Below, in pieces: positions 19,901 through 30,380 of a DNA stretch of 64,000 nt. Source of the DNA: a virus (lineage: Duplodnaviria; Caudoviricetes); IMG/VR virus record IMGVR_UViG_3300020718_000010, positions 27,035-91,034 of that record. One strand, 5' to 3'. The notes under the pieces are model-generated. The model did no database searches. It had not been told where the DNA came from and saw only the letters and a list, made by a program, of their open reading frames with translations. A program made the position numbers and the translations under genes. The first letter of the stretch is position 1; every line of letters starts with the position of its first letter.

Positions 19901-22900
19901 CTAAGCCTGAGCCTCGGTCCATGAAACACGGGCAGCAATGTTTGAGGTTGATGTTCCAATGTTTGTACAAGTAATCACAAGTACGTCTGGTCCGTTAGGG
20001 AAAGATGGAGAAGAGACGTTTCCATCACCACTCAAGTAGGAGTTACCCATTTCTTTAATACCTGTAAGGGAGTATACGGATGAGTTGTAGTTAGAAGAAC
20101 CACCACCGTTTTCTGAGAAGAATGAGAATACTGAGTCACCTTGGAAAACCGTCCCAGTTGGCACTCCTCCGGCTGTGGAAGTAGAACCCGGGGTTCCACC
20201 TCCACCAGAGCCTGAATTATCAAAATAAAGAACCTGAGCAAGAGAGTTAGCGGCAACTGGGTCCTTGGTCCAGTCATTTGGAAGACCCGAATAACCGACT
20301 GCAGGGGTGAAGGTTATAATCGTACCGTTAGTAACTGCAGAAGTTGTACCGTTGCTCAAAATAACGTTTGAACCAGTAACGAGGTTGACAATAGTTCCGG
20401 CTGGGATGTTACCGGCTGAACTTGTTACGCTCATTCCCGGAACAATACCAATTACACCGTTGTTATTCTGAGTTGCAGTGTCTGCTACAACCAAAGTAGT
20501 AGAACCGCTACTTGCAGTAACCGCAGTGCGTGTACAGGCCAACTGAGAAGGAGTCCAGTTTGTGTACGTCATCTGTGCTGGGTTCAAAATACAGTCAATA
20601 CGAAATGAGCCGTTAGTTTGAACTCCAATAGTCTGTAGTGATAATTGCATTCGGTTAACAAGTTCACGAATACCAAAGTTTCTACCAATAGCGTTGTCCA
20701 CTGTCGGGGCAACACGAATTGCAACGAGAGGACGTGTCTGTCCAGCGGCAACCGCTAAGTATTTGGTCATACCACCGGTATAGAGGGAAAGAAGGTCGCT
20801 TTGGAATTGACCATCCATAACAACCGAACTTCCCCAGTGCTGAACAATGGGTGCGCAGGTTTGAGTAATTGGCTGCACAGATACTTGGGCGTTTCCACCA
20901 CTCCCAGTCCATGATGAGTCTGTGCTGAAAGTAACGTTGCTTGTGGTCCCTGAGTAAACAAATGGTTGGTCAGGATACGTCAGTGTTACTGATGCACGGC
21001 GCTGACTAATTGTCAATGGATAACCCTGTGCCGCAACGTTGTACGCACCAATTGATGAATACGCCATAATTTCACAGTTGGTGTCATCTTTGACCCAAAT
21101 GTAGCCACTTGGAAGCCAGTTGGTGACGTTCGTAACGTAGATTGTTGTGTCGGTTGGCTGAAGAACAGAACCAAGAACTCCGGAGGCACCCGAAGTCATA
21201 ACACTTGTTGTGAGTGGGTCGTTTGCTACTTCATAGCGTGCAGGTAGGTTACCTGAACGCTGGTATGAAACTTGGTTAACGTTGTTGTTTGCGATGCGGT
21301 GGAAGAAAATAATGTTTCCACGTGGTCCACGAACACCGTAACGTATTGTTCCCGCTCCGTACCATGAGTAGTCAATGTAAACCATTTGCATTTTTTTAAC
21401 GTCAAAGACATATCCAGAAGGACCAGTTCCATCTAATTTGTCCATGTTCCATTGGTTTTGCAAAATCTTGATTGTTTGTGTAAGGCAGAAACGAGTTCCA
21501 GAAACGCTAGGGCCACGCCATGCTGGCGAGATATACATTTGTGTATCACTGCTGATTCCAAGAATTCGATATGAAGTACCCTTAATAACGATGTTCTGAC
21601 CTGTTTGAAGTTGCTTTCGGAAAGATGTTCCAACGCCCAAAACAAGGTTGCTGTTCTTTGTAAGAGTCAAACGCCCTTGCATAATTTTGTCTGAGTGGCG
21701 GCGGTTAACCGACATATTTAAACCGTCGTATTCAAAGTAAAAACCACTTTGCTCGTCATACATTCCACAACGTGCTGCAGCATTTGCCCATTGGTATGCG
21801 TGGCAGTACATATTGTTGCTTGATGGGCTTAGGTCATTTGTATTTACTGTTCCGGTAAGCGTCTTTTGAACTTGGAATGTATTTGAGTTGCTTACAGAAG
21901 TTACGGTGAAATAACCGTTGTAGGGGTTGTAGGTTCCAGCAATTGTTACGCCTTCAACGTAAACGACCGCTCCAGCCTGTAGTCCGTGGTCTTCAACTGT
22001 GGTGATTGTTATTGTTGAAGTTGTTCCATTTACTCCACCACTCATTGAAAGTCCATCAATGTTAAATGTTGGCGTTAATTTTGCACCAGTAGAGAATTGG
22101 ATAGCCTTACCTGCTTGGTAGCGGAAGTAACGACGAGTTTGGCGAATTGTTTGTGCACCGGGAACGTTGTTGTACGTGGTGATTGCCACACCAGCGTCGT
22201 ATGGTCGGTGAATTACGTATCCTTCGGATTTTGCAACAATGCGTGAACCCGTTGGGACAAGAACAGAAGCCTGACTTAGTGGTAATTGGAAAATAAATTG
22301 CGTTGTATTTGGAACTTGCTTAATGATGTAGTCACCATCAAATGAGTTTGTTCCACTAATAGAAATAGGTGTTGCCGGAAAAAGACCGTGGGGCGAAGTA
22401 AACGTAACGGTGATGTTTGAGTATGGCGATGCACCGTCTGATTGTGCGTACCAAGGGTTCATTGTGTTTACAGAACCCTGAATTGCACCATAGAGCGTCT
22501 GGCCCTGTGCAGGCCAGTTTCCACCGGGAATGTGTGCGGAGTCGAATACGTCTCCACCATAGACAGAACTAAGTCCCTGATAAATACATTCACCACCGAC
22601 AACTCCACGTCCACGGTATGTAAATGTGTAAATGTTTGGAGTACTAATTACAGAAAAAGTACCTTCAGCCTTGTAGTTTTGTGTTTCTTGTACTGAAACA
22701 ACAGCGCCCGGAAAGAGACCATGAGGCGTTGAGGTTGTTACTGTGATTAGAGAACGTGGGCTTGTTCCATCTCCGTAGATAGAGGTTGCACCAATTGAGT
22801 TACCACCGTTAGGTTTTGCAAAGAAAGAAGGGTAGTTTTGCTCTAGAAAAATTGCTTCCCATTTTGAAGGTTGTACTGAGTATTCAAAGTCGGTGTCAAT

Positions 22901-23260
22901 AAGTGATTGTGGGTTTCCAGAACGCAGGCGCTGAGCACCGTCAATCATTGTTTCTTCGTATGTTACAAGTTGTGCAATGTCATCGTAGTAAACCTGAATA
23001 ACATCTGTAGCGAGCATCGCCGCAGTAATTGCTGAAGTTGCAAATGTAATCTGCGTGTTGTACATTGCGGTTCCAGCGTCAACTTTTGTGACAGACTGAA
23101 GTGGTTTAGATGAATCAGAAAAGTTGTAAAGGACAATGTTGCGTGTTACGTTGGTGATGAGCATAAGGCGCTCTTGACGAATCCAACGGTTGTTGATGGT
23201 GAGCGTGTAGGTTGATGGACTAAATACATAGTCCGTTTCTAGTAATACGCCTCTTGCCAT
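19901..23260 (-). CDS. Large virion structural protein (1,119 aa)
   Basis: N-terminus Y.F.P....LTI......ERLMLITNVT.N.VLYNFSD; three ITVT...PHGL..G..V.I.G...F.V repeats. Confidence 0.75.
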   Translation of the reverse strand: MARGVLLETDYVFSPSTYTLTINNRWIRQERLMLITNVTRNIVLYNFSDSSKPLQSVTKVDAGTAMYNTQITFATSAITAAMLATDVIQVYYDDIAQLVTYEETMIDGAQRLRSGNPQSLIDTDFEYSVQPSKWEAIFLEQNYPSFFAKPNGGNSIGATSIYGDGTSPRSLITVTTSTPHGLFPGAVVSVQETQNYKAEGTFSVISTPNIYTFTYRGRGVVGGECIYQGLSSVYGGDVFDSAHIPGGNWPAQGQTLYGAIQGSVNTMNPWYAQSDGASPYSNITVTFTSPHGLFPATPISISGTNSFDGDYIIKQVPNTTQFIFQLPLSQASVLVPTGSRIVAKSEGYVIHRPYDAGVAITTYNNVPGAQTIRQTRRYFRYQAGKAIQFSTGAKLTPTFNIDGLSMSGGVNGTTSTITITTVEDHGLQAGAVVYVEGVTIAGTYNPYNGYFTVTSVSNSNTFQVQKTLTGTVNTNDLSPSSNNMYCHAYQWANAAARCGMYDEQSGFYFEYDGLNMSVNRRHSDKIMQGRLTLTKNSNLVLGVGTSFRKQLQTGQNIVIKGTSYRILGISSDTQMYISPAWRGPSVSGTRFCLTQTIKILQNQWNMDKLDGTGPSGYVFDVKKMQMVYIDYSWYGAGTIRYGVRGPRGNIIFFHRIANNNVNQVSYQRSGNLPARYEVANDPLTTSVMTSGASGVLGSVLQPTDTTIYVTNVTNWLPSGYIWVKDDTNCEIMAYSSIGAYNVAAQGYPLTISQRRASVTLTYPDQPFVYSGTTSNVTFSTDSSWTGSGGNAQVSVQPITQTCAPIVQHWGSSVVMDGQFQSDLLSLYTGGMTKYLAVAAGQTRPLVAIRVAPTVDNAIGRNFGIRELVNRMQLSLQTIGVQTNGSFRIDCILNPAQMTYTNWTPSQLACTRTAVTASSGSTTLVVADTATQNNNGVIGIVPGMSVTSSAGNIPAGTIVNLVTGSNVILSNGTTSAVTNGTIITFTPAVGYSGLPNDWTKDPVAANSLAQVLYFDNSGSGGGGTPGSTSTAGGVPTGTVFQGDSVFSFFSENGGGSSNYNSSVYSLTGIKEMGNSYLSGDGNVSSPSFPNGPDVLVITCTNIGTSTSNIAARVSWTEAQA

Positions 23261-23269
23261 TGGATGTCC

Positions 23270-23677
23270 TTAAATTAAACTTGTTGGTGAAATAACTGTA
23301 GTAGATGTAACTTGCGTAACGTAGGTTGTAGAAACCTTCTTTGGAAAATAGATTCCAATTCCCAATTTTGCGTCGTTGGCCAAAATGTTTCCAAACTGGT
23401 TACCAGAAATACCCTGAGGTCCTAGGCCACCAGCGACGCCTTGTGCCCCTTGACTCCCTTGTGCCCCCTGTGTTCCAGAAATTCCGGCTGCTCCTTGAGC
23501 GCCCTGAGGGCCAACTTGTCCAGAAGAGTACGAAAGGTTGTTCCAATACGTAAGACCGTCGCCAACCTTGAATTTGCCAGTATCTAACTCAAGACCAAGT
23601 TCTCCTTGGGCTAAAAGTGTATTAGCGGAAGTCCATTGGGCAGCGGTTCCACGACGAAATTGAATGGTTGTAGTCAT
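23270..23677 (-). CDS. Mtd-N/hyaluronidase-N-type fibre anchor domain with short collagen segment (135 aa)
   Basis: IQFRRGTAAQWTSANTLLAQGELGLELDTGKFKVGDG..YWNNLSY followed by Gly-X-Gln triplets. Confidence 0.8.
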   Translation of the reverse strand: MTTTIQFRRGTAAQWTSANTLLAQGELGLELDTGKFKVGDGLTYWNNLSYSSGQVGPQGAQGAAGISGTQGAQGSQGAQGVAGGLGPQGISGNQFGNILANDAKLGIGIYFPKKVSTTYVTQVTSTTVISPTSLI

Positions 23678-24025
23678 TTAAAAGTGGCCTCCGTCGATAC
23701 CAACAGTACCACCGGAAACCGTTGTTGGGGAACCCGCATCTACGTTGATGCCGTATGAACCCTGTGTCCCTTGAAGACCTTGGTATCCAGTCGCACCTTG
23801 CGCACCGGTTAATCCTTGCGGGCCTTGGGTCCCGGTTGGAATGCTGAAATTAAGAACTGCGGCTGCAGTTGTCCCAGAGTTTGTTACGGATGCAGGCTGA
23901 CCAGCGGCTGTAGTCGTTGTTGTTCCAATTGTTACTGAAACAGGGGCACCCTGAGGACCTTGGGCTCCGACGATAGCGGGAAGCCACGTACCAGATGTGG
24001 AGTCATAATAGCGAAGGACAGGCAT
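23678..24025 (-). CDS. Short collagen-like fibre protein (115 aa)
   Basis: MPVLRYYD..SGTWLP leader, GXQ triplets, one IGTTTT...VTNSGT..AAVLNFSIP knot. Confidence 0.7.
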   Translation of the reverse strand: MPVLRYYDSTSGTWLPAIVGAQGPQGAPVSVTIGTTTTTAAGQPASVTNSGTTAAAVLNFSIPTGTQGPQGLTGAQGATGYQGLQGTQGSYGINVDAGSPTTVSGGTVGIDGGHF

Positions 24026-24074
24026 CTTTTCCTTTCAGAACCTATATCAATACTACTTTGACATTGCTGATTTT

Positions 24075-27000
24075 TTAGATGTTGACTTGAGAGAGTGCCA
24101 TTGAAGGTAGGTCATCAAGACCCAATCCAGAAGATTGAAGAGCCCCTGCTGAGGTTGAGATGGTAGAAACCGTTGATAAAAGAGTCACCGTGACAAAACC
24201 GTTGCTGTTTGGTGCGTTTGCCCCAGTCGAATTTACTTGGTTTGTACCGCTATTGTAAGAACCTGAAGCACCCGGGGTTCCACTTGCATTTCCACCCGTG
24301 TACCCACCACCTGCACCACTTTGACCTTGGCAGCATCCATCTGTTGCTGCACCGCCACCAAATCCACCACCACCGTTACACGATGTACTTCCATTTCCAC
24401 CATTAATAAAAGAATAAGGAAAACTTGATTGGCAAGCAGAAGCAACACTGCCATTCCCAGAAAAACCTCCGCCACCCGGAGCGCCTGAACCACCAGTTCC
24501 ACCGTTTGGCCCACTATTTGTCGTAAGCGCATCTACACGGCTGGAACTCCATGGTGAAGTTGAAGCACCACCACCAGCCACAACTAATGCAGTATTTGTA
24601 TTTGTTGCTACAAAAGTTCCGCCACCGCCACCGCCATAAGATGAATAAACACCACATTGACCAACAAGAATTTTAATTACTTGACCTTTTGACAAAGTAA
24701 AATCACCACGCATTGATGCGCCATAACCAGCAGTTCCGTTTCCTTGATAACCAGCAGCGCCAACCGCAGTGATTCTGTAAACAGCCGTGCTTGGAACTGT
24801 CCAATATTGAATTCCTCCTGTAGCGTTAAAATATAAAGAGTTATTTAACCATGGGTATGTGCTTGTGCTGTATGAACCAAGAAGCGTAGAAAGCGCTGGC
24901 CCAGTAGGCCCTGATGTTCCACCAGAAGTAAATGTAAATGTGCTGAAAGAATAGGAAGGCGTTTCTGAAGCACCACCAAAAGATGGCGTTTCTACGCCGG
25001 GCAAAAATACCATTTGGTCAAGCCAAATAGATTGACCTGTTGATGGTGACCCTTGGGCGTCGTCTGTAATGTAAAGGGCACAAGTACCTGCCGTTGTTGT
25101 TGCAGGAACACTCAAAGAAACAAGATTCCACGTATTGAGCGTTGGGGTAAAATTACTTGAAACCCTTGTGCCATTTGGGTATTGAAACATGATTGTGTAT
25201 GTTTTACCGGCACTTGTTGAATCAGCATAAATGTATCCGTAGTACTGATATGTCTGATTTGCAACCATTGAATAGGCGCTATTTGCAACGTAACCATATC
25301 CAGCCGTTGTATTTGCACGAGTGCATTTAAGCGAATAAGTTCCAGACTGTGCATATGTTGAATCTTGTGTCGCCGTCCAGTTGATTCCAGCGCCCCAATT
25401 TCCTGTTCCTGATTCAAAACCAATATCTGCCGCAGTCATTGATGTTGAGAAACCAACATTGTTAGTGAGCGCACCAGCGGCGTCAACCACTCCTGCCTGA
25501 ACATCTGCATAAAATGCGTTTCCAATTGTCAATTGTTGGTTTGCAGAAATAACTTTTGGCCCCATAAACGATGTGCCATCTGGTAGAAACTTTGCAACAA
25601 GGATATTTGTCCCACCACCGGCGGCTCCACCTATGTACCTTGTTGTTGAGCCGGGAACGGCAATTGTTAAATAACCGGGGCTCGAAGGTGCGTATGCTCC
25701 TACTGTCCCGTTGTACCCAACTGTTGAGGTGATTGTCGTTCCATTAAAAGTAGAACCTCCATTGTATTGGCCATTCGATGTACTTAAATTTGTTGCTGTG
25801 GCAATTACATAAGAGCCCCCGCCACCGGCATTGTTGGGGTTGCTCGTGTCCCCACCCGCACCACCAGAGTAACCACCGCCACCGCCACCGCCCCAACCGT
25901 TTCCGTTAGAGCCACCGCCACCGCCAAAACCACCGTAAGAATAAGAGGGATTGTTAAGTGCATACCCACCAATTCCACTATTGGTAAATGCTTTCCCATT
26001 CATGTATGGATAACCATTTGTATTTCCATTTGAGTCTCCAGTTAGCCCGCCACCACCACCGGAAAGACCATTTACAGAACCGCCTCCGCCACCGCCCGAA
26101 CCACCAGTTCCACCGTTATATCCAGCACTTCCATTATTTGTAGTTTGACCGTCAACCTGAGATTGACTTCCTATGCCGTAGTTGTAATAAGTTCCACCAC
26201 CGCCACCTGCAACAATGATTGGGTTATTTGATGAATCAGTCATGAACGTTCCACCACCGCCACCGCCGTCATAGTATGCACTACCCGGCTGTCCAACAAT
26301 AATTTTGTAAACCGTTCCAGCAGTAAGCGTTACCGTTGCTTGAATTATTGCACCACGCCCGGCAATATAAGAAGTTGTTGTTGGTGTTCCACCACGAGCG
26401 CCCGGGGCACCCGCTGCCGTAATTGTGTATGAACCGGTGGCTGGAGCGGTCCAATATTGAGTTCCCGTTGTTCCGGGCTCATTAAAATATGCGGTGTTTG
26501 TAAGCCATGGATTTTGTGTGGTGTTGTAATAACTTAGAAGCGTAGAAAGCGATGGCCCCGTGTATGCGTTGACGCCACCAGTTCCAAAAGTAAATGTATT
26601 TCCAGCAACTGTGTATGAAGAAACCGGCCCGGGTACGGTAACGGTTGTTGCTGGAAGACCATTTCCAATTTGACCAGTTACGTAAACGTTACCTGTTGCG
26701 TCGTTTGCGACACCGTAAAGAAGTGTATTTCCTGCGGCACCAGTAAGTGTTGTTGAAGGGCCTGTAAGCGCTTTTTGCCAAAGAAGAACGCCTGCATCTG
26801 AGTATTTAAGTAAGTACGATTGGTTTGGGGTGTTGTTTGTGTCGTTACCCGTTACGTAAACCAAACCTAGGTTGTCAACCGATACAGATGTATTGTAAAG
26901 ATTTCTACCAATTCCACGTTTCCATTGAATAACACCACTGGAATTATATTTTGCTACAAAACCAAAAGTGTTGTAGTAGTAACCAACTACATAAACGTAT

Positions 27001-27773
27001 CCTTTTGCGTCCGTGGTAACTCCAAGAACTGATGTGTTTGTGTTGTACAAAGAGCGTTGCCACGCAAGGGTTCCGCTGGTGTTATATTGCGCCAAGAAAC
27101 CATAGTTATCTGTTCCATTATTGTAAATTCCACCAACGTAAACATTTCCTGATTTATCTAATGCAACTCCGTTGCCCTGAACAGAGCCAGATTGTGTCAG
27201 GTAACGCTGCCATTGATAAACACCTGCAGATGTGTACTTAATTACAACTCCGGCGAAAACCGTTGCTGATGTTGCTCCATAGTAACCAGTTACATAAACA
27301 TTGTTAGCACTATCAAGCGCAACTGATGCTGCGTAGTTTGGATATGAGGTACTTGAACCATTGGCGTATTGAACTTGCCAGAGAATAAGCCCGTTTGCTG
27401 AATATTTAAGAAGAGAACCAATCCAGTATCCGTTGTAGTACTGGCCAGCAACGTAGATATTTCCAGAATTATCTACTGCAACCCCTTGGTGATTTCCACC
27501 ACCTGCTCCATTATTTTTGAAAGAGCGCTGCCAAATAACCTGTCCATTGGGTGAATACTTGGTTAAAAGTGCAAAACCATAATTATTGGCACGCCCTACC
27601 GTATAAACATTTCCTGATGCGTCAACCGTTATTCCTTGGTTTGAGTCCGATTGGCTGGCTACTTGCTGAACGTAGTTAGATTGAGACGCAATAAAGTTAG
27701 GGCCGTTAACGGTTAACCCTTCACCCCCAGCACCTTTAACCGAAGCCGCCCCCGCAGTATTTGCTAAAGGCAT
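24075..27773 (-). CDS. Multidomain adhesin: beta-propeller, two ALK/LTK-like glycine-rich domains and a CBM-like domain (1,232 aa)
   Basis: About seven VAVDxSGNxYVxG / KYxxxGxxxW repeats; two QYWTxPxTxxYxITAxGAxG...KIxVGQ...GGGGGTF domains. Confidence 0.75.
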   Translation of the reverse strand: MPLANTAGAASVKGAGGEGLTVNGPNFIASQSNYVQQVASQSDSNQGITVDASGNVYTVGRANNYGFALLTKYSPNGQVIWQRSFKNNGAGGGNHQGVAVDNSGNIYVAGQYYNGYWIGSLLKYSANGLILWQVQYANGSSTSYPNYAASVALDSANNVYVTGYYGATSATVFAGVVIKYTSAGVYQWQRYLTQSGSVQGNGVALDKSGNVYVGGIYNNGTDNYGFLAQYNTSGTLAWQRSLYNTNTSVLGVTTDAKGYVYVVGYYYNTFGFVAKYNSSGVIQWKRGIGRNLYNTSVSVDNLGLVYVTGNDTNNTPNQSYLLKYSDAGVLLWQKALTGPSTTLTGAAGNTLLYGVANDATGNVYVTGQIGNGLPATTVTVPGPVSSYTVAGNTFTFGTGGVNAYTGPSLSTLLSYYNTTQNPWLTNTAYFNEPGTTGTQYWTAPATGSYTITAAGAPGARGGTPTTTSYIAGRGAIIQATVTLTAGTVYKIIVGQPGSAYYDGGGGGGTFMTDSSNNPIIVAGGGGGTYYNYGIGSQSQVDGQTTNNGSAGYNGGTGGSGGGGGGSVNGLSGGGGGLTGDSNGNTNGYPYMNGKAFTNSGIGGYALNNPSYSYGGFGGGGGSNGNGWGGGGGGGYSGGAGGDTSNPNNAGGGGSYVIATATNLSTSNGQYNGGSTFNGTTITSTVGYNGTVGAYAPSSPGYLTIAVPGSTTRYIGGAAGGGTNILVAKFLPDGTSFMGPKVISANQQLTIGNAFYADVQAGVVDAAGALTNNVGFSTSMTAADIGFESGTGNWGAGINWTATQDSTYAQSGTYSLKCTRANTTAGYGYVANSAYSMVANQTYQYYGYIYADSTSAGKTYTIMFQYPNGTRVSSNFTPTLNTWNLVSLSVPATTTAGTCALYITDDAQGSPSTGQSIWLDQMVFLPGVETPSFGGASETPSYSFSTFTFTSGGTSGPTGPALSTLLGSYSTSTYPWLNNSLYFNATGGIQYWTVPSTAVYRITAVGAAGYQGNGTAGYGASMRGDFTLSKGQVIKILVGQCGVYSSYGGGGGGTFVATNTNTALVVAGGGASTSPWSSSRVDALTTNSGPNGGTGGSGAPGGGGFSGNGSVASACQSSFPYSFINGGNGSTSCNGGGGFGGGAATDGCCQGQSGAGGGYTGGNASGTPGASGSYNSGTNQVNSTGANAPNSNGFVTVTLLSTVSTISTSAGALQSSGLGLDDLPSMALSQVNI

Positions 27774-28324
27774 TAGTACCTCGTTAGAGAAGCAAAGACC
27801 GTATAGGTCGGAGTTGCACTTGTTTTTACAATAGTAAATACGTAAGCGTCGTATCCGTTTGCGTTACCCGCAGTTGGTGCATATCCACCTTGCCAAAAAG
27901 CATTTTGCGTTACTCCGTCAATGTTTACGTTTAGGCAGTAATAGGCAGTTCCACCTTGGTTGACGTATGCAGCGATGGTGATTGACTGTCCAATGGAAAG
28001 CAATGAGTTAAGCGTTGCGCTGGATGTTGAGGCAATATTAAATGTCCAGTTATTTGTAGCCTGCGCCGTCCATACATAAAAAGACCCGTTTGTCGTTACG
28101 TAAAGCGGAACCGTTGTATTTCCAGTTGAACCCAAAGACACTGTGGTAGAAAGTGACGTACTTTCCAAAGGTGAGTTCAAAACAACGTTTACGGCATTAA
28201 CTCCATTAGTTCCAGCCGCCCCTTGGGCGCCCTGAGCACCAGCAGCACCCTGTGAGCCTTGTGCCCCATAGACAGCAGGAAGCCAACTCTGTGACGTGTT
28301 ATCAAAGTAATAGAGTTGGGGCAC
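27773..28324 (-). CDS. Short collagen fibre with conserved C-terminal tip-docking domain (183 aa)
   Basis: MPQLYYFD...WLP leader, GXQ triplets, then PLE...NWTFN...GQSITI...IDG...WQGG.AP..GNAN..D.Y..TI.KT...YTV.AS.T.Y. Confidence 0.75.
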   Translation of the reverse strand: MPQLYYFDNTSQSWLPAVYGAQGSQGAAGAQGAQGAAGTNGVNAVNVVLNSPLESTSLSTTVSLGSTGNTTVPLYVTTNGSFYVWTAQATNNWTFNIASTSSATLNSLLSIGQSITIAAYVNQGGTAYYCLNVNIDGVTQNAFWQGGYAPTAGNANGYDAYVFTIVKTSATPTYTVFASLTRY

Positions 28325-28335
28325 TTTTAAAAACC

Positions 28336-28752
28336 TTAACTATCGGTTGATGAAGAAGGCGCAGACTTTGTTTCACCAGATGCAATAAAATCTGCCTGTG
28401 CTTTTTCGTCTACAGGCAAAGTTGGCGCTGGCTCTTCTCCTGCTTCTTGTGCCTTGTAAGCATCAAGACGATTCTGAAGAGCATCAATTTGCGCTTGAAT
28501 AGTCGCAGCAGTTTCTGGTGATGGGATGTGCTCAGCGTTGTAGTGAGTTTGAATTTGTGCGATTACCCATGTCTCTGCTTCTTGGTAACTAGCCCAGTCG
28601 ATTCCAGTATCAGGATTGTGTGGCTGGTCTAGAACCGCCCATCCTTCAGGGTGTGGGTCATTAGCGTTAAAAACGTTAACTGTAAATGGTGGTGTTTCTT
28701 GAATTGTGTAAGCCCATCCATCAAGAATTGTTGCGTGGTCTGGAAATGACAT
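28336..28752 (-). CDS. Putative fibre-associated/chaperone protein (138 aa)
   Basis: GTG start; DQPHNPDTG..W.S..EA..W; follows the propeller gene; function inferred from position. Confidence 0.55.
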   Translation of the reverse strand: MSFPDHATILDGWAYTIQETPPFTVNVFNANDPHPEGWAVLDQPHNPDTGIDWASYQEAETWVIAQIQTHYNAEHIPSPETAATIQAQIDALQNRLDAYKAQEAGEEPAPTLPVDEKAQADFIASGETKSAPSSSTDS

Positions 28753-28764
28753 TTTTTATTCTCC

Positions 28765-30057
28765 TTAGTATGTGTTCGATGAACCGTTGTAGACACCAAA
28801 TGCTATTGGAAGCGCAGCGCCCATTGGTACCACTGTTGCATACTGGTTATTATTATTTGGCGACATTACAATAAAACCATTTCCGTAAGCAATTCCACTT
28901 GGTTGATATGAGACGCCAGTGGTGGTCCAACCATTGCTCCAAGAACCATTTAAGATGTACGAGTATCCTTGGTTGTTGTTGTTATATGCGTTAATAAAAT
29001 ACCCAGCAGCAAAAACAGATTTTCCACTATAACTACTTTGCGACATACCGTTTGTACTAACCCATTTTTGTCCATTGTTTATCGAGTATGCGGAAACGTT
29101 TTGATTTTGTGTTGTACTCATGACCCATGTAGGCACACCGTTGGGGTCACCATAGGCAAGACCTTGCCAATAATAAGAACCTAAATTATTTGTGTACTGT
29201 GTCCACGTGTATCCGTTTGAAGTGGTCGCCAAAATGTTTGTAGAAGAACCGTCACCAGCAATAGCCATCCAAATTCCGTTTCCATAGGCAATGCAAGTCC
29301 AATAAACCGTTGAAGGAAGGGTTGATGCTGTCCAAGTTTGTCCATTGTTGGTTGAATATGAGGCGGAATTTGTTGACGAACCACCAAGTTGCGACTGTGA
29401 ATACCCAGCAATATCAACCCAAGTTCCAGCACCATTTGAAAGGTTTGTACCAAAAGCAAGACTTGCCCAGTACGTTGATGATGAATTTGTGTAGGCAGTC
29501 CATGTGTACCCGTTTGGTGATGTTGCTACATAGTTATGCGTAGACGCAGCACCAGCAATGGCCACGAAGATACCATTTCCAAAAGTAACGCAACTCCAAT
29601 AAGCGGTATATGGCATTGAAGCAAGGGCCCAAGTAGAGCCATTATTTGTTGAGTAAAGACAGTTAGAACTGCTGTTGTTATTGATGGTTACAAAAGTATT
29701 GTTTCCAAAAGCACACGTTGTGTAATACCCTCCATATCCCATGATGTTATTTGAGTAGGAGTTTGACATTGCTCCACCGGATGCAATCACGGTCATTGTG
29801 TGGGCGTAGTTTGCAGCAACGTTTAAAGTTCTTGTTGTATTTGACGGAACATAAGTTTTACCTCCACCAATGTCCATTTGCAAACCGTTTGAACCCGAAG
29901 TAATAATTACAACGTTACTTTTAGGCGTGATTGTTGCGGTGGCGTATCCATTGGCACTTGTAGATGTAACTACGCCGTCAGTAACAACAGACGCAGCACC
30001 CGGCGGTAATTGCGTGGAGTTTGATTGAACTACGTTCGGGTAGTAGTAAATCGGCAT
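28765..30057 (-). CDS. Asp-box/BNR-repeat beta-propeller protein (430 aa)
   Basis: Five S/T-x-N-N/x-G-x-T-W boxes alternating with W..(V/I)xFGNG.F/W repeats. Confidence 0.75.
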   Translation of the reverse strand: MPIYYYPNVVQSNSTQLPPGAASVVTDGVVTSTSANGYATATITPKSNVVIITSGSNGLQMDIGGGKTYVPSNTTRTLNVAANYAHTMTVIASGGAMSNSYSNNIMGYGGYYTTCAFGNNTFVTINNNSSSNCLYSTNNGSTWALASMPYTAYWSCVTFGNGIFVAIAGAASTHNYVATSPNGYTWTAYTNSSSTYWASLAFGTNLSNGAGTWVDIAGYSQSQLGGSSTNSASYSTNNGQTWTASTLPSTVYWTCIAYGNGIWMAIAGDGSSTNILATTSNGYTWTQYTNNLGSYYWQGLAYGDPNGVPTWVMSTTQNQNVSAYSINNGQKWVSTNGMSQSSYSGKSVFAAGYFINAYNNNNQGYSYILNGSWSNGWTTTGVSYQPSGIAYGNGFIVMSPNNNNQYATVVPMGAALPIAFGVYNGSSNTY

Positions 30058-30380
30058 TAGATAATCACCACTCCAGAAATGTGGATGTAAAGAGCCGAAG
30101 CAGTTCCCGCTCCACCAGTAATTGAGTAGTTGGCGGGCACTGTTTGTTTGATGTCAAAAAATGCGGTGGTGTTTGCTGGAATAGAAACAGCCGAAAGAAT
30201 TGGAATTGCGTTACCAGTTGGGTCTGGAAGGTTTAGTGTTGCAGTCGCAGCAGTCGCTGTGCTGTTGGCAATGGCGACGTTTGTGACAATGGCAGTTCCG
30301 GTTGCTGGGGCGGTGTAGAGAGACGTGTTTGTGGTCGTGGTCAGAAGCACACGCTTCATGAGGGTTGCTGTAGTGGCCAT
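30057..30380 (-). CDS. Small beta-sandwich virion protein, paralog of 19186..19491 (107 aa)
   Basis: LYTAPATGTAIVTNVAIAN...IPANTTAFFD...ISGV. Confidence 0.65.
   Translation of the reverse strand: MATTATLMKRVLLTTTTNTSLYTAPATGTAIVTNVAIANSTATAATATLNLPDPTGNAIPILSAVSIPANTTAFFDIKQTVPANYSITGGAGTASALYIHISGVVII

Noticed and set aside
23270-23677. Mtd N-terminal domain as a sign of a diversity-generating retroelement
   Set aside because: No reverse transcriptase and no template/variable repeat pair differing at adenines was seen; this anchor domain is widespread without DGRs.
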